From: Thermoplasmata archaeon
Lineage (GTDB): Archaea > Thermoplasmatota > Thermoplasmata > Lutacidiplasmatales > UBA184
Direction of reading: 5' to 3'
Length of the DNA stretch: 64,000 bases
Assembly: GCA_046704665.1 (NCBI GenBank)
Contig: JBJKRJ010000048.1
Coordinates: 28,829 to 92,828, forward strand
Part shown: positions 41,131 through 49,918 of the stretch, in pieces
Layout: each line of letters opens with the position of its first letter
How positions within the stretch are numbered: the stretch's first letter is position 1
Made by a program: the position numbers and the translations under genes
Notes under the pieces: generated by a model
Seen by the model: the letters and a program-made list of their open reading frames with translations, nothing else
Told to the model about the DNA's origin: nothing
The model's database searches: none

Positions 41131-42228
41131 CTAGTGGATCACCGCCGCGATCGCGAGGCCGATCGCATAGGTCAGCCCGGCCGAACCGAGCCCGATAAGG
41201 ACCATCTCGAGACCCCCCCGGGTGAGCGAGGTCAGGGTCGACATCGAGCGGAAGACCCCGGTCGCAAAGAGCGCGACGCCACTCGCGAGGACCGCCGCGA
41301 GGAGCGCCGGGACGTTCGCGGCTACGAAGAACGGGAGGATCGGCACGAACCCGGCGAACAGGAACGCCACGCCGGTGATCAGTCCGAGCCGCACGGGACT
41401 CGATGCCTCCGTCTCCTCCCCGAGACCGTGTCGCTCGGAGAGCAGGGCCCGGGTGAACTGCTCGTCGTCCCGGGAGAGCCGGTCGACGACGCGCGCGGCC
41501 TCGTCGGGGGTGAACCCGCGTTTCTGGTACGCCTCCCGGAGCTGACGGACCTTCGCCTCCCGGTCGACGCCCAGGCTCACCTTCTCCTGACGGCGGAGGC
41601 CGGCGTACATCTCGGCCTCGGCCTTGACCGAGACATAGTTCGCGGCGGCCATCGAGATCGCACCTGCGACGAGCGCCGCCGCGCCGGCGATCAGTACCTC
41701 GACGTTCGAGCTCGTGGCGGCGGCCACCCCCGCCGAGAGCGCGAGCAGGCTCGCGATCCCGTCGTTCGCCCCGAGGACCGCGCTGCGGAGCGTACTGCCC
41801 TCGCGGGCGGCATCGCGGGCCTCTCCCAGGGTGTCGATCTCATGGGAGAGCTCGTCGGGCATGATCCGCCGGAACACCTCGGCCGCGGCCGGATCCTTCC
41901 AAGCGGCCGCCTGGGCCTCGTACTTGCGGATCCCGTCGACCTCGTCCCGATGGACGGCCGAGAGGACGCTCCCGACCCCGAGGAGCCTGCCGAGACCCGC
42001 GAAGACCCGGTGCTTGACGAGCGACCGGGCGTCCGGAAGCGGGACACCCCGCGCGCGAAGCAGGCCCGCCCACGCCTCGGCGTGATGTCGCTCGTACTCC
42101 GCGAGCCCGAGGAGGAGCCGCCGTCGGTCCTCGTTCGCGTCCAGCGCCGCGAGACGGCGATAGAGCCGCTCGGCCGAAACCTCCTCGACGTAGTTCCCTC
42201 GGATGCCCTCGATCATGGGGTCGGTCAT
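41131..42228 (-). CDS. VIT1/CCC1-family iron/manganese transporter with an N-terminal ferritin-like (rubrerythrin-type) domain.
   Basis: N-terminal Er-type four-helix region (EYERHHAEAW..ELSHEID) followed by the VIT1 membrane domain (LGANDGIASLLALSAGVAAA..). Confidence 0.8.
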   Translation of the reverse strand: MTDPMIEGIRGNYVEEVSAERLYRRLAALDANEDRRRLLLGLAEYERHHAEAWAGLLRARGVPLPDARSLVKHRVFAGLGRLLGVGSVLSAVHRDEVDGIRKYEAQAAAWKDPAAAEVFRRIMPDELSHEIDTLGEARDAAREGSTLRSAVLGANDGIASLLALSAGVAAATSSNVEVLIAGAAALVAGAISMAAANYVSVKAEAEMYAGLRRQEKVSLGVDREAKVRQLREAYQKRGFTPDEAARVVDRLSRDDEQFTRALLSERHGLGEETEASSPVRLGLITGVAFLFAGFVPILPFFVAANVPALLAAVLASGVALFATGVFRSMSTLTSLTRGGLEMVLIGLGSAGLTYAIGLAIAAVIH

Positions 42229-42379
42229 GCGCGGCCTCGTTCGCGGATCGGGCCGGTCGGTCGTCGCGGGCCATCGCCCGTGGCCTCCCGACCCTCGCTC
42301 CGTGCGATCCGCGTCGAACGAGTGGGTTCGGCCGCGGAGATCGCTCGGTCCGGATAAGCTCTCGGGCGATCGGCCGTTC

Positions 42380-43594
42380 TTAGACGACCGCGATGACGCC
42401 GCAGAGCACCACCGAGGCGAGGCTCGCCCAGTAGGCGGTCTTCCACCATCCCCGGGACGCGTGCTCTCCCATGAGCTTGCGGTTCGACGCGATCCATCCG
42501 ACCAGTACGCCCGGACCGATGAGGATGAAGACGAGGGCTACCATCATCAGCAGGACCAGGGTGAGCGGGTGGGGGTAGACGAACGGCACGATGACCGCCG
42601 GGAGGCCCTCCGCGACGTAGATCCAGAACGCGCGATCGCGCGGAAGGCCGAGCGCCTCGACCACCCCCCACGCGCTCCCGAGCGAGATGACCACGAGGGC
42701 GAGGAAGGCGGCCGCGACGAGCCCCACCGCGAAGGCGTAGGGGAGGAGCGCTCCCCCGACCGCCGAGAGGGCCGAGGCGACCCCGCTCGACGTGAAGAGA
42801 TCGGCGGAGGAGGGCATACCGGCGCCGAGCATCAGGAACGCGACCATCAGCACCTCGCTCGTGATCGCGCCGATCATCGTCTCCCAGCGGACCCCCCGGA
42901 CCGTCGAGCCGGGCTTCTCGGCCGTGGCCGAGGACTGGAAGAACAGCATGAACGGCATCACGACCGCCCCGGCGTTGGCGGCGAGGAGGAAGAGGAAGGC
43001 CGGGCTCGCCGAGAAGTAGACGGGAGTGTACGGGAGGACCCCCCGCATCATGAGGGCCGAGCCGACCGTCAGGACGAAGACGCCCGAGACGGCGAGGAGG
43101 ATCCGCTCGGCCCAGACGTACTTCCCGCGGGCGATCAGGCCGATCTGGAACAGGAAGGCGCACGGGAGAGAGAGGTAGAGCGGAACCCCGAAGATGCCCA
43201 GCGCGAGACCGATCGCCGCGTACTCGGCGATGTAGCTCGCCACGTCGGCCACGGCGACCGGCAGCGAGACCGCGAGGCTCATCCGTCGGGACTGCGTCTC
43301 GCGCACCAGTTCTCCGAGCCCTTTTCCGGTGACCGCCCCGATGCGCCCGGCCGCCTCCTGCACGAAGTAGAGGGGGACGATCAGCAGGAGGAGGAACCAG
43401 ATCAGGTCGTAGCGATAGGCTGCGCCGGACTCGAGGCCGGTCAGGATGCTCGCGGCATCGACGTCCGCGATCATGACGAGCCAGGCCGGACCCCACGCCT
43501 GTAACCATCCGGGAAGAAGCCGACGCAAGCGGCCGGTCGGCCGCTCGAACGCCTTGTCCGGACAGCCCAGGCTCACCTCCCGTGTCGCCGGCAT
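42380..43594 (-). CDS. mntH: NRAMP-family divalent metal (Mn/Fe) transporter.
   Basis: 404 aa with 11 TM helices and NRAMP conserved motifs (..MIADVDAASILTGLESGAAY..). Confidence 0.85.
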   Translation of the reverse strand: MPATREVSLGCPDKAFERPTGRLRRLLPGWLQAWGPAWLVMIADVDAASILTGLESGAAYRYDLIWFLLLLIVPLYFVQEAAGRIGAVTGKGLGELVRETQSRRMSLAVSLPVAVADVASYIAEYAAIGLALGIFGVPLYLSLPCAFLFQIGLIARGKYVWAERILLAVSGVFVLTVGSALMMRGVLPYTPVYFSASPAFLFLLAANAGAVVMPFMLFFQSSATAEKPGSTVRGVRWETMIGAITSEVLMVAFLMLGAGMPSSADLFTSSGVASALSAVGGALLPYAFAVGLVAAAFLALVVISLGSAWGVVEALGLPRDRAFWIYVAEGLPAVIVPFVYPHPLTLVLLMMVALVFILIGPGVLVGWIASNRKLMGEHASRGWWKTAYWASLASVVLCGVIAVV

Positions 43595-43659
43595 CGATCG
43601 ATCGGTCTCCCCTCCGAAAGCTCTCGAACGGAATTCTCGATCCGGCCAGATAAGTGCCT

Positions 43660-43702
43660 CGTTTGTGAAAGTTGACCACGACTGTTCACACTGTGACCAC
43701 GG
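43660..43702. promoter_or_regulatory. Candidate metal-regulator operator upstream of mntH.
   Basis: TGTGAA (43665-43670) and TTCACA (43685-43690) form an inverted repeat. Direct repeats TTGACCACG (43672-43680) and TGTGACCACG (43692-43701) are also present. The site lies 70-110 nt upstream of the minus-strand NRAMP start. Confidence 0.4.
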
Positions 43703-43880
43703 CGAGTCCTCGCCGTGCTCAACGCCCTGCGCCGGTCCGAGGGGGGCCGTTCACGGCCGAGAATGCATCTCCCCCGAAGTGAGGTGGAAACCGGAGGACC
43801 GTCGGGACGCATCGGGCGTATCGGGATCCGTGGGTCCAAGCCGTCCGCCCGGGATCGGCAGGCGACCCGCCCGGCCCTCT

Positions 43881-44660
43881 TCAGATCGCGTTCACGAGAA
43901 GTCCGACCGCGAAGCCGAGACCGACCCCGACATAGGCAAGCCGTGTGCGGAGCGCGTTCTCCACCGCGTCCGCCCCGGGGCGGAAGACGACCCGGAACAT
44001 GGGGATGATCGCGTAGAGACAGGTCCCGATGGCCAGCGCATCGAAGGCGACCGTGAGATAGCTCGAGGTCCAGTAGAATCCGATCCCCGCCCCCAGGATC
44101 GTCGGGACGCCTCCGAGGAGAAAGTACGCCGAGAAGAGCCCGACCTGTCGCTCCTTCGCTCCCAAGAGGGGTCCGGCGATAGGGAACCCCTCGGTGACGT
44201 TCTGAAGGAAGAACCCGGCGAAGATGACCGCGAGCAGGCCGGAGAGGCCCGCCGCCCAGCTCGCACCGAGGACCATGCCCTCGGTCAGGTTCTGGAATCC
44301 GATGGCCAGGGCGACGATGAGGGCGGTCGAGGTCGCCGAGCGCTCCTCGGCCGCGCGGGAAGACCGGCCCGAGTGCTCAAGGAAGAACAGCGCGAAGAAC
44401 GCCCCGATGACGCCCACGCCGAAGAGAAGGGTGAGCGCCGGGTCGGCGACGAAGTCGCCGTGCGCGTAGAGGATGCCGCTGACGTCTCCCCAGACATCGG
44501 CCAGGACGAAGATCAGGATGCCGATGGCGGCAGCGGTGAGAAGATTCACTAGGCGGAACGTCCGGCTCCTTCGGAGGACGAGGGGAAGAGAGAGGAAGAT
44601 CGCGAGTCCCAGAATCGTCGCGAGCACCAGCAGCTCGACCAACCCGCCGGACGCGGCCAT
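43881..44660 (-). CDS. ZIP-family zinc/iron permease.
   Basis: 259 aa with 8 TM helices and the HSxxxGxxLG-type ZIP signature region (GFQNLTEGMVLGAS). Confidence 0.8.
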   Translation of the reverse strand: MAASGGLVELLVLATILGLAIFLSLPLVLRRSRTFRLVNLLTAAAIGILIFVLADVWGDVSGILYAHGDFVADPALTLLFGVGVIGAFFALFFLEHSGRSSRAAEERSATSTALIVALAIGFQNLTEGMVLGASWAAGLSGLLAVIFAGFFLQNVTEGFPIAGPLLGAKERQVGLFSAYFLLGGVPTILGAGIGFYWTSSYLTVAFDALAIGTCLYAIIPMFRVVFRPGADAVENALRTRLAYVGVGLGFAVGLLVNAI

Positions 44661-44734
44661 GCCGACCCCTTGCCGATTTACGCAGGAGAAGGTGAGTATT
44701 TAGATGATGCGCGCGTGACGTGGCCACTCTTATG

Positions 44735-44747
44735 TTCACAGAGTGAA
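44735..44747. promoter_or_regulatory. Perfect palindrome TTCACAGAGTGAA in the divergent ZIP / HTH-regulator promoter.
   Basis: 13-bp palindrome with 5-3-5 geometry, 36 nt upstream of the regulator start. It shares the TTCACA/TGTGAA half-site with the mntH upstream region. Confidence 0.4.
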
Positions 44748-44782
44748 TTTGCCTACCCGGCCGGGGGGTTCACGACACGACC

Positions 44783-45547
44783 ATGTCGAACCCGCGCACC
44801 GCGTCGATCGCCTGGGTGCATCTCGTGCAGGCCCTGGTGGCGCGAGAAGGTGTGGAGCAGCTCGGGCTCTCCTCCCGTCGGGTCGCCGACCTCCTCGGGC
44901 TCGCTCCTTCGGCGGTCTCGCAGTACCTGTCCGGCAAGCGCGTCGAAAAGGGGTTCCTCGAGTACTCGTCGGACGAGCGCGCCCGTTCGATCGCCCGGCG
45001 GACGATCGAGGAGCTGATCGAGGCGCAAGAGGCCGGTCGGGGGGCGACCCGGCCCGTGCTCGAGGGCGCGTCGGCCCTCTCCGAGCTCTCGGAATCGGCC
45101 GGGGGCCACGAACGCCTCCCCAAACGTCCCACCGACACGACCGAGGGCCCCCAGCTGCGCGAGCTGGCCCGGTGGCTGCGCGAGCGGGTAAAGGCCGAGC
45201 AGGTCGCGGTGACCCAGTGTATGCGGCTCGCCCAGCGAGCACGGGACGAGCTGACGCGCGCGCTGCTCCGGCAGATCGCCTCCGACAGCCTCCGGCACGC
45301 CGAGATCGTCGCGTCGCTCGCCCCGTACATCGATCGGGGAGTATCGGGAGCGTACGCCTCGGGGATCACGCGCAAGGAGATCGAGGCGCTGATCGAAGGC
45401 GAGCGCCGGGCCGAAGCCCAGGCGGACTCGGCTTCGGCGCACCGCCTCCAAGGGACCATGGCGATCCTCATCGCGAGCATGGAGGCCGACGAGCGGAAGC
45501 ATGCCGAGCTGCTCCGGGGCCTCCTGAACTCGGGGTTCCGACCCTAG
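44783..45547 (+). CDS. Transcriptional regulator: N-terminal XRE-type HTH fused to a ferritin-like (di-iron/ExxH) domain.
   Basis: HTH RRVADLLGLAPSAVSQYLSGKR. C-terminal helices carry paired E..H motifs (DSLRHAEIV and EADERKHAELL). Confidence 0.6.
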   Translation: MSNPRTASIAWVHLVQALVAREGVEQLGLSSRRVADLLGLAPSAVSQYLSGKRVEKGFLEYSSDERARSIARRTIEELIEAQEAGRGATRPVLEGASALSELSESAGGHERLPKRPTDTTEGPQLRELARWLRERVKAEQVAVTQCMRLAQRARDELTRALLRQIASDSLRHAEIVASLAPYIDRGVSGAYASGITRKEIEALIEGERRAEAQADSASAHRLQGTMAILIASMEADERKHAELLRGLLNSGFRP

Positions 45548-45883
45548 CACGCCCTACGTCGCCGGCGCAAGAGCCCTCGACCGACACCGAAGATCGGCGG
45601 CTCTCGTTGGTTCCACCACCGACACGACCATCAACGACCTTGTGCTCTCGTAGACTATGGACCACCGGCTCGGTCCGGTCCGATCGCTGCCGTGCGGCCC
45701 CCTCGATCCCGGAAGCCCCGCGACCCGATCTTCCGCTGCGGAACTCGGCCCGGGACGCCCTCGCTCGAGCTGTCGGGAGGCGGAACGCGGACGGGCTACC
45801 CCGTGCCACTCGGGTCGGAGACGGCGGTGGGGACTCGGCACCGCCCGCGGACCGGATCCAGGGAGAACGGTCGGAGGGAATGC

Positions 45884-46393
45884 ATGACGCGGGCGCGCGT
45901 CCTGCGGATCAACCGATTCACCGTCATGGCGATGCTCCAAGCGGCGCGAGCCCGTCATCTCGGCCTTCCCGAGGAGTCGGCGTTCTCCTGGGGGCTCAAC
46001 CGGTCGATCTTCTACGCCGCCGCAAAGCGGGGGTTCCGGGGCGCCAGCGGTTCCCCGAAGACCGGAGAGGTCGCGGGCCACGCCGAGGGGAGAGCGAGCT
46101 ATTCGCTCGGCGACGAGATCGCCTACCGGGATCCCGCGAGCTCCGCGCTCGCCTTCACGATCGGAGGCAAGACCCAGACCGCCGCGGAGTTCCGCCGGCA
46201 GATCGCAAGCCGGTTCGGGGAGGAACCGGAGTTTCGCAAGGCGTGGGAGGAGGCGCTCCGCTACGTCACCGGATTCCCCGAGGAGGTCCTGCGCTCGCAA
46301 CACGAGTTCTACTCGGTCGTCTACCGACCCCGAAGGGACGCGTGGGTCCTCGAGTGGACCGGCCGGTACGGCCGGCCTCCACCGGCGCCCTGA
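45884..46393 (+). CDS. Hypothetical protein.
   Basis: ATG at 45884 preceded by GGAGGG. 169-aa ORF with a balanced composition (K/F/Y/W present). The overlapping minus-strand ORF 45554..46303 is R-rich and rejected. Confidence 0.45.
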   Translation: MTRARVLRINRFTVMAMLQAARARHLGLPEESAFSWGLNRSIFYAAAKRGFRGASGSPKTGEVAGHAEGRASYSLGDEIAYRDPASSALAFTIGGKTQTAAEFRRQIASRFGEEPEFRKAWEEALRYVTGFPEEVLRSQHEFYSVVYRPRRDAWVLEWTGRYGRPPPAP

Positions 46394-46432
46394 ACGGGGA
46401 CCCCCGCGGGTCGGGGACGGAGCGGCGGGGGA

Positions 46433-46819
46433 TCAGTCGACCGACGCGACCGCCTCGACCTCGAGCAGGAGCTCGGGGTGGAAGAGGCGCCGGACCTCGA
46501 CCGCCGTGCTGGCGGGTGGATGGTCCGGGTCGATGAACCGATCGCGAACCGCCCGTACCTCCGGTAGGTGGGAGATGTCGAGGACGAAGTACGTGAGCTT
46601 CACGACGTCCCGGAACGTCGCCCCGGCCGACTGGAGCGCGAGGTCGAGGTTCCGGAACACCTGTTCGGACTGGGCCCGGTAGTCCCCGCGGCCCACGACC
46701 TCCCCGGCGGCATCGAGCGCGACCTGGCCCGCGATGAAGACGAGCTTGCCTCCGTGCGCTTCGGCGACGTGGGAATAGGCGCGGGACGGGGCGAGCGTGG
46801 GCGGGTTGTGGACCTTCAC
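46433..46819 (-). CDS. RidA/YjgF family protein.
   Basis: GTG start at 46819 (VKVHNPP..). Conserved AYSHVAEAHGGKLVFIAGQVALD..TYFVLDISHLPEV.. Confidence 0.75.
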   Translation of the reverse strand: MKVHNPPTLAPSRAYSHVAEAHGGKLVFIAGQVALDAAGEVVGRGDYRAQSEQVFRNLDLALQSAGATFRDVVKLTYFVLDISHLPEVRAVRDRFIDPDHPPASTAVEVRRLFHPELLLEVEAVASVD

Positions 46820-46850
46820 CCGACCGCCCACGTGCCTTTCCCCGCCGCGA

Positions 46851-47231
46851 CTAGAGCCACTCGGCTTCGACCGTGCGTTCGCCGCCGGCATCACCGGTGT
46901 TCACCGTGGACTTCCGCTCGATGAGCATCACCTCGGCCTCCTCGGGGGCGACGGGCATGTGCTCCACGCCCCGCGGAACGACGAAGAACTCGCCCTCGCT
47001 CAGCGGCACCTCCCGGTCCCGAAGTCGGACCGTGAACGCACCGCGGGTGACGAGGAAGAGCTCGTCCTCGGTGTCGTGCCGGTGCCAGAGGAACTCGCCC
47101 TGGAACTTGACGAGCTTGATGTAAAAGTCGTTCACCTCGCCGACGATCCTGGGCGTCCAGTGCTCGGAGAACCGGCCGAACTTCTCGGCGAGGTTCACCT
47201 TGTCGCCCCCGTGGGTCCGTAGGTCGGGCAT
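46851..47231 (-). CDS. Cupin-domain protein.
   Basis: Cupin motifs WHRHDTEDELFLVTRG..FFVVPRGVEHMP. Confidence 0.65.
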   Translation of the reverse strand: MPDLRTHGGDKVNLAEKFGRFSEHWTPRIVGEVNDFYIKLVKFQGEFLWHRHDTEDELFLVTRGAFTVRLRDREVPLSEGEFFVVPRGVEHMPVAPEEAEVMLIERKSTVNTGDAGGERTVEAEWL

Positions 47232-47324
47232 GCGGCCGGCGGACGTCACGCCCCTGCCATGAAGATGACGGATGCGGACGACGGCGCCCGAAGCGAGCGG
47301 GGGGGCCGCTCCGCCGGGTCGCGG

Positions 47325-48275
47325 TCACGACGGCCCGAGGACCCCCTCGGCCGGGGGGATCGGGCGGCGGACCTCCCGGTAGGCCTTCCACAGGCTGTGC
47401 CCCCCGATCACTCCGACCACGCCGACGATCAGCACCGTCGCGTAGCCGATCGAGTCGAGGGTCGGGATCGGGTTCCCGGTGGAGAGCGCGAAGCTGCTGA
47501 GCCAGGGAAGGGCGGCGACCGCGGCGCCGACCACGGCGAACGCGAGACCGCCGATGTAGAGGGTCCGTGCGGCGGTCGACCGTCCGATGTGCTGCATCTG
47601 CCGCAGGGTCAGCTTCTTGAGCCGTGCGAGACGGGCGAAGAGGGCGCCGGTGAGCATCTGCATGACCATCGTGCCGAGACCGAACATCGTTCCTACGAGC
47701 GCGGCCCACCCGACATTCGGCATCTGGGGGGCGAGGATGAACACGATGATCGTTGCGAACCCTCCGAACCCCCATCCCGCGACGAAGCCGTGGACGATGG
47801 CCATCCGCAGGGGGATCGGCTTGACCCCGGATTCCGGAACGGGTGTGCGTTCCGCCGTGGTGGTGTGGTGGGTGTGGTCCCGGAAGAAGCCGCCCAGGAG
47901 GCGTTCCATCCAATGGTCGAACGGGAGGTGGATGTCCGAGCCCCGCAGGAGGTACCACCCGGCGACGAACATCACGACGCCCACGAGCACATAGACCGGT
48001 CCGTCGAGGTTGTAGACGGTGTAGATGGCCGCGAGTCCGAGGAACCCGAGGGCCGTCAGGATCGTTCGTTGCAGAGCGAACCCACCGGAAAAGGTGAGAC
48101 CGGCCTTCAATCCCCCCCGGCTCGAGTAGCTCCCGATCGAGTAGCTGAACGTGATCGGCCAGGTGTGCTCATCGGGGGTGCCTCCGTGCAGGAGCCCGAG
48201 GAGGAATCCGAGACCGAGGATCACGGGGATCGTGAGACCCCCGGTCGGATCGAGAACGAAGTCGAGGCTCCACAT
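47325..48275 (-). CDS. NicO/RcnA-family nickel/cobalt transporter.
   Basis: 316 aa with 6-8 TM helices, the N-terminal HGGTPDEH metal motif and a His-rich loop (RDHTHHTTT). Confidence 0.6.
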   Translation of the reverse strand: MWSLDFVLDPTGGLTIPVILGLGFLLGLLHGGTPDEHTWPITFSYSIGSYSSRGGLKAGLTFSGGFALQRTILTALGFLGLAAIYTVYNLDGPVYVLVGVVMFVAGWYLLRGSDIHLPFDHWMERLLGGFFRDHTHHTTTAERTPVPESGVKPIPLRMAIVHGFVAGWGFGGFATIIVFILAPQMPNVGWAALVGTMFGLGTMVMQMLTGALFARLARLKKLTLRQMQHIGRSTAARTLYIGGLAFAVVGAAVAALPWLSSFALSTGNPIPTLDSIGYATVLIVGVVGVIGGHSLWKAYREVRRPIPPAEGVLGPS

Positions 48276-48281
48276 GTCGGT

Positions 48282-48716
48282 TCACTCCCTCCGCGACGCG
48301 GCGTGGCCGCACGGAGGGATCGGCTCTCCGTGGGGGCACTCCGTCGGGTGGCCCTCGGCACGGCAGAGACGCTCCACGGTGGCATGGTCGAGCGCGAGGT
48401 CGACCTCCCGCGCGGCCGCGCAGAGCTCCCGCTCCGGAAAGCCGAGGCGGGCGAACATGTGCTCCGCGACCCGATGATGACGCTGGTACTCGGCCGCGCA
48501 CGCACGTCCCCGGGCGGTGAGTCGGGACTTCCCACGGTGGCGGTCCACGAGACCCATCTGCTCGAGCACGGTGACGTGCGCGAGCGCCGAGGGCGGGCGG
48601 ACCCGTAGTCCGGCCGCGATCGTGTTGAGCGAGACGCCGCGGGCCGGTGTCTCGTGGGTCCGGATCGTCTCGAGCGCGTCGACCTGTCGCCGCGTGAGAC
48701 GCTCGAGCGGTTCCAT
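48282..48716 (-). CDS. DtxR/MntR-family metal-dependent transcriptional regulator.
   Basis: N-terminal wHTH (LTRRQVDALETIRT..), dimerisation/metal-site helix (YQRHHRVAEHMF) and a C-terminal Cys/His tail (ECPHGEPIPPCGH). It sits 6 nt upstream of the NicO-like gene on the same strand. Confidence 0.8.
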   Translation of the reverse strand: MEPLERLTRRQVDALETIRTHETPARGVSLNTIAAGLRVRPPSALAHVTVLEQMGLVDRHRGKSRLTARGRACAAEYQRHHRVAEHMFARLGFPERELCAAAREVDLALDHATVERLCRAEGHPTECPHGEPIPPCGHAASRRE

Positions 48717-48833
48717 GGATTGGGTACGACCGGATGATATTTAAGTGTGACCTAATTTTTAGCATCTACGAAAGAACGGGTCGGCTCCCCGGGGTCAGAA
48801 GGGCGGGTCCCTGTCCCTCGTGGTTCGCGGTTC

Positions 48834-48860
48834 GGGGCGGTGGGATGGGTTGGGTTCGGG
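48834..48860 (+). other. Canonical G-quadruplex motif in the DtxR / small-ORF intergenic region.
   Basis: GGGGCGGTGGGATGGGTTGGGTTCGGG: five G3+ tracts separated by 1-3-nt loops. It lies inside a ~385-bp non-coding, GC-rich stretch. Confidence 0.5.
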
Positions 48861-49101
48861 ATCCACGGGCCGGGTGCGCACGTCACATCTTGCCGACCGC
48901 CAGGCGTCGCGGTCGACCACCGCGCACCGGGCCTCGCTCCCGTCCCCTCCGTGGCCGCGGCCCCTCCCGATCGCCCCGAGGCCCTCTCGGCCGGGACCTC
49001 GGGGGGGCCGGGATCGGGGGATATCGGGGCCGGTGGCCCGTGCACGCGGGACCCTAGGCGTTGAAATGCCGGAGGGGTATCCATCCCCGCGGAGAGAGCG
49101 T

Positions 49102-49338
49102 ATGTCCGAGGAATCCGGGGAGATCGGGAAGGGACTGATGGAGGGCCTCATCGAGGCGCTGTCGGACAAGCACGGCCAGCTCGATGTCCGACTGCAGGGA
49201 TTGACCGTTAGCGTCGGAGAAAGCCGCCTCGCGGTCCGGCTCTCGGGAGGCGTCTCGGTCACGATCCACATGCGGGACCTGAGCGATGCTGAGAAGGACG
49301 CCCACGCCGCCGCGAACATCGCCCGGGTGCAATCCTAA
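49102..49338 (+). CDS. Small hypothetical protein (78 aa).
   Basis: ATG at 49102 ([47 protein letters not shown]..). Composition is acidic and balanced. No known domain. Confidence 0.4.
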   Translation: MSEESGEIGKGLMEGLIEALSDKHGQLDVRLQGLTVSVGESRLAVRLSGGVSVTIHMRDLSDAEKDAHAAANIARVQS

Positions 49339-49787
49339 ACGAACCGTCGGAGCTTCCACAACGCCGTCGGGCTCACGTGCACGTGCCCGGTCAGGGCGCT
49401 CACGTCCCTCCCGAGCCGGATCATCTCGTGCGGGCCGTCCCGCACGCTCACATGCCAGCCCGACCGCGCCAGGGCCGAGGGAACTCCCCGCTCCTCCCAG
49501 AGCCGGAAGTGCACCTCGGGACGGGCCGAACGCTCCCCCTGCGTCGCTTCGAGAAGGGGGGCGATCTGGACGGTCAGGTTGCGCTTCTCGCCATCGATCA
49601 CCGCGAACGGAGCCCCGTCCAGGTCGGCCTGCGCCGTCCCGCCCGCGACCCGGCGAAGCAGCTCGACGAGCACCGATCCCACGGACTCCGAGGTCACGAC
49701 CCGTTCCCGGGACCCGCCGTCCCACGGACGGACTTCCCGACCGGAACGGATCGATCCGACCTCCTTGGTGCTTTCGGTCGCATGCAT
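49335..49787 (-). CDS. Hypothetical protein (150 aa).
   Basis: Protein-like composition. Contains HVSV and HVHVSP motifs of unclear significance. It overlaps an R-rich 342-aa ORF in another frame, which is rejected. Confidence 0.3.
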   Translation of the reverse strand: MHATESTKEVGSIRSGREVRPWDGGSRERVVTSESVGSVLVELLRRVAGGTAQADLDGAPFAVIDGEKRNLTVQIAPLLEATQGERSARPEVHFRLWEERGVPSALARSGWHVSVRDGPHEMIRLGRDVSALTGHVHVSPTALWKLRRFV

Positions 49788-49918
49788 GCGGCGCTCCGAT
49801 CACGAGCCGAGAACGTCGCGCGGTCGGCCCCGGCGTCGCGCCGCCGGATCCGTCTCGAGCGTCGGTCGGTCCGGACGGAGGAAGGAATGGCGAAATACCC
49901 TGCCGGGGTACGCACTCC

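Noticed and set aside
42203-43679. 433-aa plus-strand and 484-aa minus-strand ORFs over the NRAMP gene.
   Set aside because: These are alternative-frame or antisense low-complexity translations. Only 42380..43594 gives an 11-TM protein.
44743-46536. 597-aa plus-strand ORF and the minus-strand ORFs 44753..45550 and 45554..46303.
   Set aside because: They span several real genes in wrong frames and are R/P/G-rich.
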